Below are positions 43,060 through 53,722 of a stretch of 64,000 nt of DNA, piece after piece. Source of the DNA: an uncultured Bacteroidota bacterium. GTDB lineage: Bacteria > Bacteroidota > Bacteroidia > Chitinophagales > Chitinophagaceae. Made by a program: the position numbers and the translations under genes. The notes beneath the pieces were generated by a model that was given only the letters and a program-made list of their open reading frames with translations, was not told the DNA's origin and ran no database searches. The first letter of the stretch is position 1, and every line of letters starts with the position of its first letter. The DNA lies in NCBI GenBank assembly GCA_963773465.1, contig CAVZBF010000002.1, positions 555,853-619,852 of the forward strand, given 5' to 3'.

Positions 43060-46000
43060 ATGATTGCCCGGGCTGTTACTAACCGGTTATCAAAAGATCT
43101 GAAAAGTAAGATCACTATCAAACATGTAAGCTTTTCTCTTTTTGATAAAATGAATTTGGAAGGAGTGTTGATCGAAGATCAAAAAAATGATACGCTGCTT
43201 TCTGCCGGTGTTATGCAGGTTCGTGTTACCGACTGGTTTTTCTTTAAAGATAAGATCGTACTTCACTATATAGAGTTGGGTGATGCAGTCATCCATCTTA
43301 ACCGTGCCGATTCTGTCTGGAACTATCAATACCTCGTTGATTATTTTTCCGGCGGCGGTCCAACGGATAGTACAAAGAAAGGTGTTGAACTGGATTTTAA
43401 AAAAGTCAAATTCAAAAATGTTTTGTTCCTGAAAAAAGATGCATGGCGCGGAGAAGACATGCAGTTTCGTTTGACCGCAATGGAAATGGATGCGGATGAA
43501 ATCAATCTTAACTCAAAAAAAATTGAGATAACCTCTCTCGATTTTACGGACCCGCTTTTTATTATTACCAATTATCCGGGTAAGCGACCGAAGAAAATCA
43601 AAGTGGTTACCGATAATGATGAAATACTCACGGAAGAAAAAATCGATTCGGTTTTAAAATGGAATGCTGAAGGATGGGTGATGCATATTGATAAAATAAA
43701 GATCACAAATGGCGACTTTAAGAATATAAAACAAATAGATGGCGATTATAACACTTTCTTCGACGGAAGAAATATTGATTTCGCTGCTATTAATGGCAGT
43801 TTTAATAATATCGTTTTTAATAAAGACACGCTAACTGCATCTCTTGAACTTAGCACAAAAGAAAGAAGCGGCTTTGAAGTGAAGTCGATGGTGGCCGATG
43901 CCAAACTTACTCCAAACGAAATGACATTTGATAAGCTGGAGATAAGGACAAACAACAGTATAGTCCGTGATTATTTCAGCATGAAGTATGAAGATTTCAG
44001 CGATATGAGTTCTTTCATCACTAAAATAAAAATGCAGGCCCGCTTTGCCGATGCTGAAATCGACAGTGATGATATTGCCTTTTTTGCGCCGGCTGCAAAA
44101 ACATGGAATAAGAAAATTAAGGTCAGTGGGCTTGCACGAGGTACGGTCGATGATATTTTTGGAACGGAAATGTCAATACAAGCGGGCAATAACACTTACC
44201 TCAACGGTGATATAAGCATGACCGGGCTTCCTGATATCAATAAAACTTTTATTGATTTTAAAGCAAATAACTTTCATACAACTTACGGTGATGCCGCTAT
44301 TTTTTTACCCGGCATAAGAAAAATAACAACGCCTAATCTGCGAAGCATCGCATACCTGGATTTTAATGGAAACTTTACCGGGTTTATTAAAGACTTTGTT
44401 ACTTATGGTACGATACGCACCAATCTTGGCACTGTAACAAGCGACCTGAACATGAAGCTGCCCGATGGCAAAGAACCTTTTTATTCCGGTAAAATTTCTT
44501 CACAAAATTTCAACCTCGGCAAATTCATAAATAACCCGGAAATCGGGACCATTTCATTTGCCGGACAGGTAAAAGGAAGAGGATTTGATTTTAATACTAT
44601 TTCTGCCGATGTTGATGGCAACATTCACCATCTTGTTTATAATAATTATCATTACGAAAACATTACCGCTAAAGGATCATTAAGTAAAAAAATATTCAAT
44701 GGTGATTTTTCCATAAGAGATACCAATGCTGTTGCCGCATTGCATGGAATAGTTGACCTGAGTGGTAAGGTGCCGCGCTTTAATTTTATTGCCGAAGTGG
44801 ATACATTAAACCTGAAGCCCCTGAATTTATTAAATGAAAATTATGCGTTTAGGGGAAAGCTGGATTTTAATTTCTCCGGCGATAACGTTGACAACTTTAT
44901 TGGAAATGCAAATATCCGGAATGCAACAATTACAAAAGATGGAAAATCGATACCGCTTGATTCTTTTGTGGTAAATTCTGAATACATCGATAATATTAAA
45001 CATTTTACGGTCCGGTCAAATGAAGTGGACGCAAACATCAACGGCAGTTTTTCATTAAAAGATCTTCCGCAAACTTTTAAACTTTTCCTGAATAAATATT
45101 ATCCTGCCTACATTAATGAACCATCAAGATCGGTAAGTAACCAGGCATTTAATTTTTCAATTAAAACAAATTATGTTTCGGACCTATTGAATCTTTTTGA
45201 TACAAGCGTGCAGGGATTTAATAACAGTACAATCACCGGCCGGCTTGATACAAGATTAAATCAATTAGAGTTAAATGCGGAAGTGCCTGCCATGGCATAC
45301 AAACAATATGAATTTCAAAATGTACTGGTAAAGGGACGGGGCACATTTCAAAATCTTGCGGTTACCACTACCATCGATCATGTAAAAGTAAGTGATAGCC
45401 TAAGTTTCCCATTTACGCAAATTGATCTGTTGGCAAGAAATGATTCTACCAATATAAAGTTTGTAACAGAAAGTGATAATAAAAACATCTCGGGCGGATC
45501 GATAAATGCGCTGGTAAGAACCTATGATGACGGATTTGCTATAAAATTCGATACTTCGAATTTTGTATTGAATGGCAAACGATGGACGGTGGAAGAAAAT
45601 GGCGAGTTGGAAGTACGATCAAGGAAAGTTTCGCATGGCGAAATTGTGCTGAAAGAAAGCAACCAGGAAATCAGAATACGGACACAGCCGTCTGCTACCG
45701 GCGACTGGAACGATATAAAGATCGATTTGAAGGAATTTAATGTCGGCGATGTAACGGGATTTCTTGTAAAAACAAACAAGTTCGAGGGAAGGGTTTCAGG
45801 GGATATAACGATCGAAGACCCGGTGAAAACTTTTAATATAACATCGGATATTCAAACCGATCAACTGCGTATCGACAAGGATAGTATCGGCCAAATAAGG
45901 GCTCATGTTTTTTATAATAATAAAACAGGCAATCTTATTGCAAATGGAAAAACGGTGAATCCCGATCAAAAACTTGATTTTGATCTCAATCTCTTTTTAA

Positions 46001-47766
46001 AGAATCTCGCAACAGATGGTGAAGATGTAATAACGATAGTGCCTGAAAGATACCCGGTAAAGATCGCCGAACGTTTTATTGGTACATTGTTTACAAACCT
46101 TGATGGCTTTGCAACCGGTCCTTTAAAAATCATTGGCCTGGGCAGAAATGCAAAATATGTTGGGAAAATGAAACTTGAGGATGCCGGTCTCAAAGTGATC
46201 TTTACACAATGCTATTATAAACTATCTGATGGTGAAATAACATTTACCGAAGACGGGCTTGATCTTGGCCGTCTCAAATTGATCGATACAGTAACAAATA
46301 ATACCGCCACGCTGAGTGAAGGAGTGATCAGGCATAATGCATGGCGCAATATGGTATATAATATAAGAGCTGAAGTTGATAACAGGCCAATGCTGTTGCT
46401 AAATACAACCAGGAAAGATAACAGCAGTTTTTATGGTTATGCTACCGGTACCGGCTCGTTTTCCCTAACCGGGCCCCAGTATAACATGCGAATGAAAATA
46501 ATTGCGAAAGCATCAGAAGTTGACAGTTCTAGTATTACTATTCCCAATACTACCGGAAGAGAAAGCGGCATTGCAGATTTTCTTATTGAAAGAAAATACG
46601 GAAGGGAGTTAACAGATTCAATTATCAGGAGCAATGAGACCAACCTTACTTATGATGTGGATATAACCGGTAATCCGAGGGTGAATGTGCGGGTAGTCAT
46701 TGACGAATTAACCAATGATGAGATTCGTGGTCGTGGTAATGGCCATCTCAGAATTATTTCCGGTACCGCCGAACCCATGACCATGCGCGGACGATTCGAT
46801 ATCAATGATGGCGTTTATAAATTCAGCTTCCAGTCATTTTTTAAAAAACCATTTGAGCTGAATAAAAATGCCAATAACTATATTGAATGGAACGGCGATC
46901 CATTTCATCCTACAGTAAACATTGAAGGCGTTTATAAAACAGAAAATAAAGTTGATTTTTCTCCTTTGATAAACAGCGGTACTTCCGGTGATGACGTGAG
47001 TGGTTACAGGGATTATGTATATGTGATTGCAAAATTGAGAGGCGACCTTTTCAAGCCCGACATAAAATTTGACCTGGACTTTCCGCCTGAAAGCGCTGTA
47101 AGAAAAGATTTTTATGCTTCACAAATGTTCAGGTTGCTATCAGAAAACGAAAATGAGTTAAATAAACATGTTGCATTTCTTGTAGTGTTTAACAAATTTG
47201 CTCCTACAGACCGTGGATCATCCCTGAATTTGTCTTCTGCCGGCGTCGATCTTGTGGTAAATAGTATTTCTGGTTTCCTGTCGGGCCAAATAAATAAATG
47301 GCTAAATACTTTTCTTGCAACCACATTAAAAATTGAAGGGTTAAATATTAATTTTTCGGGCTCTCTTTATGATCCTAAACCTTTCAGCGGGGATGGGACG
47401 TTTTATAATAGTGATATTAATGTAGCTGTTGCAAAGACATTTTTAAACAATCGCATTGTATTGACATTTGAAGGGACAGCAGATGTGCCTATTCAAAGCT
47501 CGGCTCAATATAAGGCTGACCTCCTTAAAAATTTTATTGCAGAATTTCTCGTTAACAAAAGCGGCACTATAAGGGTAAATCTTTTTTATAAAGAAAACAT
47601 TGACCTGCTTACAGGCGCCTCTACGAATTCAAGTAAATCCAGGAGATTTGGAACAAGCATAGCCTATCGCAGGGAAGCGGACAAATTTTGGAATCTTTTC
47701 TTTAAACGAAAACCCAAACCGATTCCACAACCACCGGCAACTGTCGAAAAGAAAGATGGCAACTAA
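43060..47766 (+). CDS. tamB: TamB/AsmA-family translocation-and-assembly-module giant protein (1568 aa from the first ATG)
   Basis: Long repetitive beta-rich body with DUF490-like C-terminus. The N-terminal TM helix KKILKWVLLSLLFLIIAGWIFIH is encoded in-frame upstream of the first ATG (42964-43059), with no ATG there. Confidence 0.7.
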   Translation: MIARAVTNRLSKDLKSKITIKHVSFSLFDKMNLEGVLIEDQKNDTLLSAGVMQVRVTDWFFFKDKIVLHYIELGDAVIHLNRADSVWNYQYLVDYFSGGGPTDSTKKGVELDFKKVKFKNVLFLKKDAWRGEDMQFRLTAMEMDADEINLNSKKIEITSLDFTDPLFIITNYPGKRPKKIKVVTDNDEILTEEKIDSVLKWNAEGWVMHIDKIKITNGDFKNIKQIDGDYNTFFDGRNIDFAAINGSFNNIVFNKDTLTASLELSTKERSGFEVKSMVADAKLTPNEMTFDKLEIRTNNSIVRDYFSMKYEDFSDMSSFITKIKMQARFADAEIDSDDIAFFAPAAKTWNKKIKVSGLARGTVDDIFGTEMSIQAGNNTYLNGDISMTGLPDINKTFIDFKANNFHTTYGDAAIFLPGIRKITTPNLRSIAYLDFNGNFTGFIKDFVTYGTIRTNLGTVTSDLNMKLPDGKEPFYSGKISSQNFNLGKFINNPEIGTISFAGQVKGRGFDFNTISADVDGNIHHLVYNNYHYENITAKGSLSKKIFNGDFSIRDTNAVAALHGIVDLSGKVPRFNFIAEVDTLNLKPLNLLNENYAFRGKLDFNFSGDNVDNFIGNANIRNATITKDGKSIPLDSFVVNSEYIDNIKHFTVRSNEVDANINGSFSLKDLPQTFKLFLNKYYPAYINEPSRSVSNQAFNFSIKTNYVSDLLNLFDTSVQGFNNSTITGRLDTRLNQLELNAEVPAMAYKQYEFQNVLVKGRGTFQNLAVTTTIDHVKVSDSLSFPFTQIDLLARNDSTNIKFVTESDNKNISGGSINALVRTYDDGFAIKFDTSNFVLNGKRWTVEENGELEVRSRKVSHGEIVLKESNQEIRIRTQPSATGDWNDIKIDLKEFNVGDVTGFLVKTNKFEGRVSGDITIEDPVKTFNITSDIQTDQLRIDKDSIGQIRAHVFYNNKTGNLIANGKTVNPDQKLDFDLNLFLKNLATDGEDVITIVPERYPVKIAERFIGTLFTNLDGFATGPLKIIGLGRNAKYVGKMKLEDAGLKVIFTQCYYKLSDGEITFTEDGLDLGRLKLIDTVTNNTATLSEGVIRHNAWRNMVYNIRAEVDNRPMLLLNTTRKDNSSFYGYATGTGSFSLTGPQYNMRMKIIAKASEVDSSSITIPNTTGRESGIADFLIERKYGRELTDSIIRSNETNLTYDVDITGNPRVNVRVVIDELTNDEIRGRGNGHLRIISGTAEPMTMRGRFDINDGVYKFSFQSFFKKPFELNKNANNYIEWNGDPFHPTVNIEGVYKTENKVDFSPLINSGTSGDDVSGYRDYVYVIAKLRGDLFKPDIKFDLDFPPESAVRKDFYASQMFRLLSENENELNKHVAFLVVFNKFAPTDRGSSLNLSSAGVDLVVNSISGFLSGQINKWLNTFLATTLKIEGLNINFSGSLYDPKPFSGDGTFYNSDINVAVAKTFLNNRIVLTFEGTADVPIQSSAQYKADLLKNFIAEFLVNKSGTIRVNLFYKENIDLLTGASTNSSKSRRFGTSIAYRREADKFWNLFFKRKPKPIPQPPATVEKKDGN

Positions 47767-47881
47767 TAATAAATTCCAAACGACAAATTCCAAATTCCAA
47801 AATGGACATCACCGAGATTGGAATTTGGAATTTGAGATTTTGAAACTTATTTGATCTTTGGAATTTGTTTTTTGGAATTTT
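47767..47881. repeat. Inverted repeat built from aattccaa / ttggaatt units between convergent genes
   Basis: aaattccaaacgacaaattccaaattccaaaatgg...gattggaatttggaatttgagattttg...ctttggaatttgttttttggaatttttt. Confidence 0.8.
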
Positions 47882-49090
47882 TTACTCCTCATCATCCATA
47901 ATCTCATGCCCCAGCTTATCTCTTTTTGTCAGCAGATATTTTTCGTTATGAGGATTGGAAGAAATTTCGATTGGTATGTTATCAACGATCTCAAGACCGT
48001 ATCCAACAAGTCCTACTCTTTTCTTGGGATTGTTGCTGATCAGTTTCAATTTGGATATTCCAAGATGACGTAACATTTGTGCGCCGATCCCATAATCTCT
48101 TTGATCCATTTGAAAACCCAAATGAAGGTTTGCTTCCACTGTATCCATTCCTTCTTCCTGCAAACGATAAGCTTTTAATTTATTCAGCAAGCCAATACCG
48201 CGGCCTTCCTGGTTCATATAAAGGATCGCACCTTTACCTTCTTTTTCTACCATCTTCATAGCAGTACGTAATTGCTCACCGCAATCACAACGGAGTGAGC
48301 CAAGGATATCACCGGTAAAACATGATGAATGCATTCTTACCATTACCGGCTCATCTTTCTGCCATTCTCCTTTTATTAATGCAAGATGTTCGTTGCTGGT
48401 ATACTTTTCTTTAAACGCAACTAATTTAAAATGCCCAAACTTTGTTGGCATATCTACGCTTACCACCTCATCGATCAGCGAATCTCTTTTTATACGATAC
48501 TCTATCAGGTCTTTTATAGAAATGATCTTAAATTCAAATTTTTTTGCTACTTCTATCAATTGGGGTAAACGGGCCATTGTTCCATCATCATTCATTATTT
48601 CAACTAAAACACCCGCCGGCTCAAAACCAGAAAGACGTGAAAGATCGATAGCGGCTTCGGTATGGCCTACTCTGCGTAACACTCCGCCCTTTTTTGCACG
48701 CAATGGAAAAATATGGCCAGGCTTCCCAAAATCTGACGATTTAGATTCCGGGTTAATCAATGCATGAATTGTCTTTGATCGATCCTGTGCAGAAATTCCG
48801 GTAGAGCACCCATGCCCTAACAGGTCAACAGAAACTGTAAATGCGGTTTCATGAAGGGCAGTATTATTGTTTACCATAAGCTCGAGCCCGAGTTCGTCAC
48901 AACGGTCTTCAACCAGGGCGGCACAAATAAGGCCACGGCCCTGCTTGCTCATAAAGTTGATAACCTCGGGACTTGCATAGCGGGCAGCAATAATAAAATC
49001 GCCTTCATTTTCCCTGTCTTCATCGTCAACCACTATTACAATTTTCCCGGATTTTATATCCTCGATTGCACTTTCAATACTATCTAACAT
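47882..49090 (-). CDS. ribBA: Bifunctional 3,4-dihydroxy-2-butanone-4-phosphate synthase / GTP cyclohydrolase II
   Basis: [10 protein letters not shown] (DHBP synthase) and GTP cyclohydrolase II motifs (CDCGEQ zinc site, GRGIGLLNK). Start placed at [13 protein letters not shown]. Confidence 0.9.
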   Translation of the reverse strand: MLDSIESAIEDIKSGKIVIVVDDEDRENEGDFIIAARYASPEVINFMSKQGRGLICAALVEDRCDELGLELMVNNNTALHETAFTVSVDLLGHGCSTGISAQDRSKTIHALINPESKSSDFGKPGHIFPLRAKKGGVLRRVGHTEAAIDLSRLSGFEPAGVLVEIMNDDGTMARLPQLIEVAKKFEFKIISIKDLIEYRIKRDSLIDEVVSVDMPTKFGHFKLVAFKEKYTSNEHLALIKGEWQKDEPVMVRMHSSCFTGDILGSLRCDCGEQLRTAMKMVEKEGKGAILYMNQEGRGIGLLNKLKAYRLQEEGMDTVEANLHLGFQMDQRDYGIGAQMLRHLGISKLKLISNNPKKRVGLVGYGLEIVDNIPIEISSNPHNEKYLLTKRDKLGHEIMDDEE

Positions 49091-49282
49091 GCCCAGATAA
49101 GTTTTCAGCAAATTTACAGCCGGAAGGTGGAAGGAAAGTGGAAAATATTTTGAAATGGAAAGCAGCGTTTCTCCCTTCACACTCGTTTCTTTAAAAGATT
49201 ATATACCAGCAATAATTTGTTAATATTTGGCTATATTTAACCGGAGGGAATTCCCTTTCTTTGCACCAATAAACTAATACTT

Positions 49283-52200
49283 ATGCTTAAGAGAATCTTG
49301 TTTTCACTTGCTATAGTATTTATTACAGCCACCTATTCACAGGCTCAAATAACTACTAGTGAAATTACAGGTAATGTAATTGATGCTGCCACAAAAGAAG
49401 CACTTACCGGCGCAAGCATCATTGCCACCCACTCTCCTTCAGGAACCAGGTACACAACACTTTCATCAAAAAAAGGCGACTTCACTATCCACGATATGCG
49501 GGTAGGCGGCCCTTATGTTGTTGTTGTGTCTTTTGTTGGTTATGAGTCGGTAACCTTTGACGATGTTCAATTAAAACTGGCGGAAGCTTTTTTACTGGAA
49601 GTATCTATGAATAAAAAAACAGGTACCCTTGAAAATGTGATTGTGAGCACTACCAAAAGAAACCCGATCCTTAATTCCAGCAGAACAGGGGCGATGACAA
49701 ATATTAATGCCCAGAGTATTGCTAATATGCCAAGTATCAACAGAAGTGTGAATGACTTTACACGGCTGACTCCGCAGGCAAATGGTACGTCAATCGGTGG
49801 TGGTAATTACAGGCAAAATAATTTTACAATTGATGGTTCAGATTTTAATAACTCTTTTGGTATTGGTCAAAACCTTCCTGCAAACGGATCTCCGATCTCT
49901 ATCGATGCGCTTGATGAAATTACAGTAAACGTAACTCCATACGATGTACGTCAATCTGGTTTTGTGGGAAGCGCAATTAATGCGGTTACCCGCGCAGGTA
50001 CAAATCAGTTCCAGGGTTCAGTGTATCATTATTTCAGAGATCAGGATCAGCAGGGAGGTAAAGTAAATAAAACAGTTTTTACAAAACCGACTTTTGAATT
50101 CAAACAATACGGCGGCCGGTTTGGAGGTCCCATCATTAAGAATAAATTATTCTTTTTTATAAATTATGAAAGGGATAATCAGCCAAAACAAATTCAAACA
50201 AGATTTGCAGCGACTCCGTCACAGCCGTATGGACCGGCAAATCCTAATATAGCGCGGCCTACCGTTCAGGAACTTACCGATATCAGCAGTTATTTGAAAA
50301 ATACTTATGACTATGATACAGGTCCTTTCGACAACTATACAACAGAGATCCTCAGGGAAAAATTTGTAGCCCGTATTGACTGGAATATTAACACAAAGCA
50401 TAAGTTTAATATGCGCTACAGCCAGGTAGAAGGTGGTGAGCCAACTTCGCCAAGCACATCAACAACCGGCACCGGTAATTCATTTGCTACCGGCGTAGGC
50501 AGAACAGATGTAAATGCACTTTGGTTCAGCAATTCTCAATACTTACAAGGCGCAAACTTTTATTCATTCGCTGCGGAGTTGAATTCTAAGTTTGGTAAAT
50601 TTTCCAATACACTTCGCGGCACATACACTTATCAGAATGATTCCCGTGAGACACCAAGTCAGGAGTTTCCATTTGTTGATATTTTGAAAGACGGCTCTCC
50701 TTTTACATCTTTTGGATATGAACTGTTCAGCTATGGTAACTTAAGAAAAGTAAAAATGTATTCGTTTGTTGATAACGTGAACTGGAGAGCCGGAAGTCAT
50801 AACTGGACGGTAGGCGGACAAGTAGATTGGAGTGAAACGATCAATGGTTTCCAGCGTTTCGGATTGGGTTATTTCCGTTTCAACTCATGGGATGATTTTA
50901 AGAACGGAGTAAAACCAACTGACTATGCCCTTACATATTCTTTGGAAAAAGGGTTTGCACAAGCATTCCCTACTTTCGAGTTCATGCAATACTCTGCTTA
51001 CGCCCAGGATGAAATTTCAGTGAACAAAAAATTCAAGCTTACACTTGGTTTAAGACTTGACCTTCCCACTTATCCTGATGTAAGCGAGGTTAAAACCCAC
51101 CCACTGGTGGCTGGCCTGACATTTGCCAATGGCCTGAAGTTAAACACAGGGAACCTGCCTAAAAAAGAACTTCAATGGTCTCCAAGAGTTGGATTTAATT
51201 ATGATGTTTATGGAAACCGTTCGTTACAGCTTCGCGGCGGTACCGGAATATTCACCGGTAAGGTTCCATTTGTTTGGATAGTTAGCCAGGTTGGTGATGC
51301 AGGAATGCTACAGGTTACACAATCATGGAATGGTACTGCAAATACGCCTGGTCCTTTCAGTCCGAATCCGGCAGCTTACAGACCATCGACTGTACCGGTA
51401 CCAGGTTCTGTTATTCCAAGTGCCATCACTGTATTTGACGAGGCTTTTGAATTCCCGCAAACATGGAAATCAAGTCTTGCAATGGATACTAAACTTCCAT
51501 GGAATATGACCTTCACTCTTGAAGGCATTATAAACAAGGACGTAAAAACTACCTATTTCCAAAATGTAAACCTGGTGGCACCAACGCCTTTGGGAGTTCC
51601 CGGATATCCTGATAACAGGGCGATGTTCCCGGTGAATAATCAGCAAAAGTTCATTAACCCGTTAACATCCGCTGGTCTGCCAAGCCCGTCAGGAACAGGT
51701 GCATTTAATGCGATCTATGTTACAAACAGTAACCGCGGTGTATATGCATCTCTCACTGCTAAAGTTGATAAAGCATTCAGAAGTGGATTTGGTGCGTCAA
51801 TAGCTTATATCAAAACTTTTGCAAACAACCTGTTTGATGGTGGTGGCGATCAGCCTTTAACAGCATGGCAAAGTACACAAACGTTCAATTCATCAAACAC
51901 ACCAATGCTGAGCTATGCCGGTTATACAGTTCCTGATCGTTTAGTAGCTTCAGTCTCTCTCAGGAAAGAGTATTTCAAACATTTTGCAACTACTATCACT
52001 ATGATGTATGGAGGCTCTATCGATTATCGTTTCTCTTATGTATACGGCGCTGACTTTAACCGTGATGGTTTCAACGGTAACGACCTTATCTATATTCCAA
52101 AAGATCCTTCTGAAATTACATTTACTGCTTTCACTTATCCTAACGGCGTTAATTATACTGCAGCAGAACAAAGTGCCTTATTCTTTAAATATATCGACCA

Positions 52201-52585
52201 GGATAAGTACCTGAGAGCTCATAAAGGACAATATGCTGAACGTAACGGTGCCCAGGCTCCATGGAGAAACCAGCTTGATATTAAGATATTACAAGACCTG
52301 TTTATGAATGTTGGTAAAACCAAAAACACGATCCAGTTAAGTCTCGATATTTTCAATTTTGGCAATTTGCTTAATCCAAACTGGGGTAAAGGAAGATCTA
52401 CAAATGCCGCATCGGTATTGGTTCCAACCAACCAAAATGCCCTGATCCCAGGTGGAAATGTTAAACCAACTTTCCGTCTTGCTACAGACAGAAATAATCC
52501 TGTTACAGAAACATTCAGGGATAACGTAAGTGTATTCTCTACTTATTATATGCAAATGGGGATCAGGTATATTTTCAACCAGTAA
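49283..52585 (+). CDS. Large TonB-dependent receptor (Oar-like, CarboxypepD_reg N-terminus)
   Basis: Signal; GNVIDAATKEALTGASIIA CarboxypepD_reg; plug; 1100-aa barrel ending ...GIRYIF. Confidence 0.8.
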   Translation: MLKRILFSLAIVFITATYSQAQITTSEITGNVIDAATKEALTGASIIATHSPSGTRYTTLSSKKGDFTIHDMRVGGPYVVVVSFVGYESVTFDDVQLKLAEAFLLEVSMNKKTGTLENVIVSTTKRNPILNSSRTGAMTNINAQSIANMPSINRSVNDFTRLTPQANGTSIGGGNYRQNNFTIDGSDFNNSFGIGQNLPANGSPISIDALDEITVNVTPYDVRQSGFVGSAINAVTRAGTNQFQGSVYHYFRDQDQQGGKVNKTVFTKPTFEFKQYGGRFGGPIIKNKLFFFINYERDNQPKQIQTRFAATPSQPYGPANPNIARPTVQELTDISSYLKNTYDYDTGPFDNYTTEILREKFVARIDWNINTKHKFNMRYSQVEGGEPTSPSTSTTGTGNSFATGVGRTDVNALWFSNSQYLQGANFYSFAAELNSKFGKFSNTLRGTYTYQNDSRETPSQEFPFVDILKDGSPFTSFGYELFSYGNLRKVKMYSFVDNVNWRAGSHNWTVGGQVDWSETINGFQRFGLGYFRFNSWDDFKNGVKPTDYALTYSLEKGFAQAFPTFEFMQYSAYAQDEISVNKKFKLTLGLRLDLPTYPDVSEVKTHPLVAGLTFANGLKLNTGNLPKKELQWSPRVGFNYDVYGNRSLQLRGGTGIFTGKVPFVWIVSQVGDAGMLQVTQSWNGTANTPGPFSPNPAAYRPSTVPVPGSVIPSAITVFDEAFEFPQTWKSSLAMDTKLPWNMTFTLEGIINKDVKTTYFQNVNLVAPTPLGVPGYPDNRAMFPVNNQQKFINPLTSAGLPSPSGTGAFNAIYVTNSNRGVYASLTAKVDKAFRSGFGASIAYIKTFANNLFDGGGDQPLTAWQSTQTFNSSNTPMLSYAGYTVPDRLVASVSLRKEYFKHFATTITMMYGGSIDYRFSYVYGADFNRDGFNGNDLIYIPKDPSEITFTAFTYPNGVNYTAAEQSALFFKYIDQDKYLRAHKGQYAERNGAQAPWRNQLDIKILQDLFMNVGKTKNTIQLSLDIFNFGNLLNPNWGKGRSTNAASVLVPTNQNALIPGGNVKPTFRLATDRNNPVTETFRDNVSVFSTYYMQMGIRYIFNQ

Positions 52586-52606
52586 TTTTATTTCGTTGTC
52601 GATAGA

Positions 52607-52640
52607 AAAACCTCTCCGATTGACGGAGAGGTTTTTTTAT
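52607..52640 (+). terminator. Intrinsic terminator
   Basis: aaaa-cctctccg-attga-cggagagg-ttttttt. Confidence 0.85.
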
Positions 52641-52693
52641 TGCGATTATTATTCTTGTTGTGAATTATTAATTACTGATTATTGATCTTTGTA

Positions 52694-52772
52694 GTACAGA
52701 CAAGGCATGCCTTGTCTCTACCAACTCCGAACTCTGAACTCTTGTACAGACAAGGCATGCCTTGTCTCTACC
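52694..52772. repeat. Two exact copies of a 29-bp element (gtacagacaaggcatgccttgtctctacc), each carrying a perfect 20-bp palindrome, with starts 50 bp apart
   Basis: Copies at 52694-52722 and 52744-52772. The palindrome is agacaaggca|tgccttgtct. Copy 2 abuts the stop of the minus-strand esterase gene. Confidence 0.85.
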
Positions 52773-53574
52773 TGCCCCAACCCCATTTCAAAAAAGCCGG
52801 CATCGCTCTTCCCCAAGTTTTTACATCATGCCTGCCGTCTTCATAATTTATGTACTGAATATCATCCCCGATCCGGTATCCCTTTTTTTCAAGCTCTTCA
52901 ATAAGTGCCAATGTATCGTCAATTGAATCGATAACTCCATTGTTATTCCTGTCCATCTTTTCGTCAAGCGAGCCTGTTGTAAAATAAAATTTTAATCCAG
53001 GCTTAAATTCACCTTCGCTTATTAATTTATGGATGATGCGATCCGTTTCTTCATCATAACCGGTATGAAGGTCTTTTGATCGCCACCATAAAGAGCCTGA
53101 GAACACGCCGGCCCTGGAAAATTCCTCAGGATGATGCCATACGGTATCAATTGCAGAAAGACCTCCTAAAGAAAAACCTGCATATGCCTTTTCTTTAAAT
53201 TCTCTTTGCCAGTTAGCTTTTATATAGGGGACTAACTCTTCAAAAATGAATTGCTGGTAAAGCCGGGCTTTTGCGCCTCTTCCTTTAAAATCTTTTACAG
53301 AAGCCGTACCGTATTCCATTTTTCTTTCTGTACTGCAATGAATGCCGGCGCAAAAGACAGGCGCTATCTCATTTGCTTTATAAAGTTCCGCAAGCATTTC
53401 ATCAAAATGAAATTTTGGTAGATCCTGTCCATCATTGATGAGTAAAAGACTGACTAAACCGGGATCTGATTTTATTGGAGGAAAATAAAGGTCAATGAGA
53501 ACATCCCTGTTTAAATAAGTAGAATTGAGAGTAATATTTTTTACGGGGACACCGGCCTGCTTCGAACGCTGCAT
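52768..53574 (-). CDS. Esterase (PF00756, enterochelin-esterase-like alpha/beta hydrolase)
   Basis: GFSLGGLSA nucleophile elbow; family pattern YINYEDGRHD. Confidence 0.75.
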   Translation of the reverse strand: MQRSKQAGVPVKNITLNSTYLNRDVLIDLYFPPIKSDPGLVSLLLINDGQDLPKFHFDEMLAELYKANEIAPVFCAGIHCSTERKMEYGTASVKDFKGRGAKARLYQQFIFEELVPYIKANWQREFKEKAYAGFSLGGLSAIDTVWHHPEEFSRAGVFSGSLWWRSKDLHTGYDEETDRIIHKLISEGEFKPGLKFYFTTGSLDEKMDRNNNGVIDSIDDTLALIEELEKKGYRIGDDIQYINYEDGRHDVKTWGRAMPAFLKWGWGR

Positions 53575-53722
53575 TTCGGCAAAATTAAGGGAAGGGAATT
53601 AAAGACAATCGGGGTTGTTTAGAAACAATCCTGCTTCTTTTTTGTTTTTCTTACCGTTAAAAAATACATTTGATTACTTACCCGTTCCCCCAACTAATTC
53701 ATCAACATCAAATAAAAAATTT

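Noticed and set aside
49091-49282. FMN riboswitch expected upstream of ribBA
   Set aside because: The conserved FMN-aptamer sequence blocks are not present by eye. Only a 12-bp palindrome was seen there.
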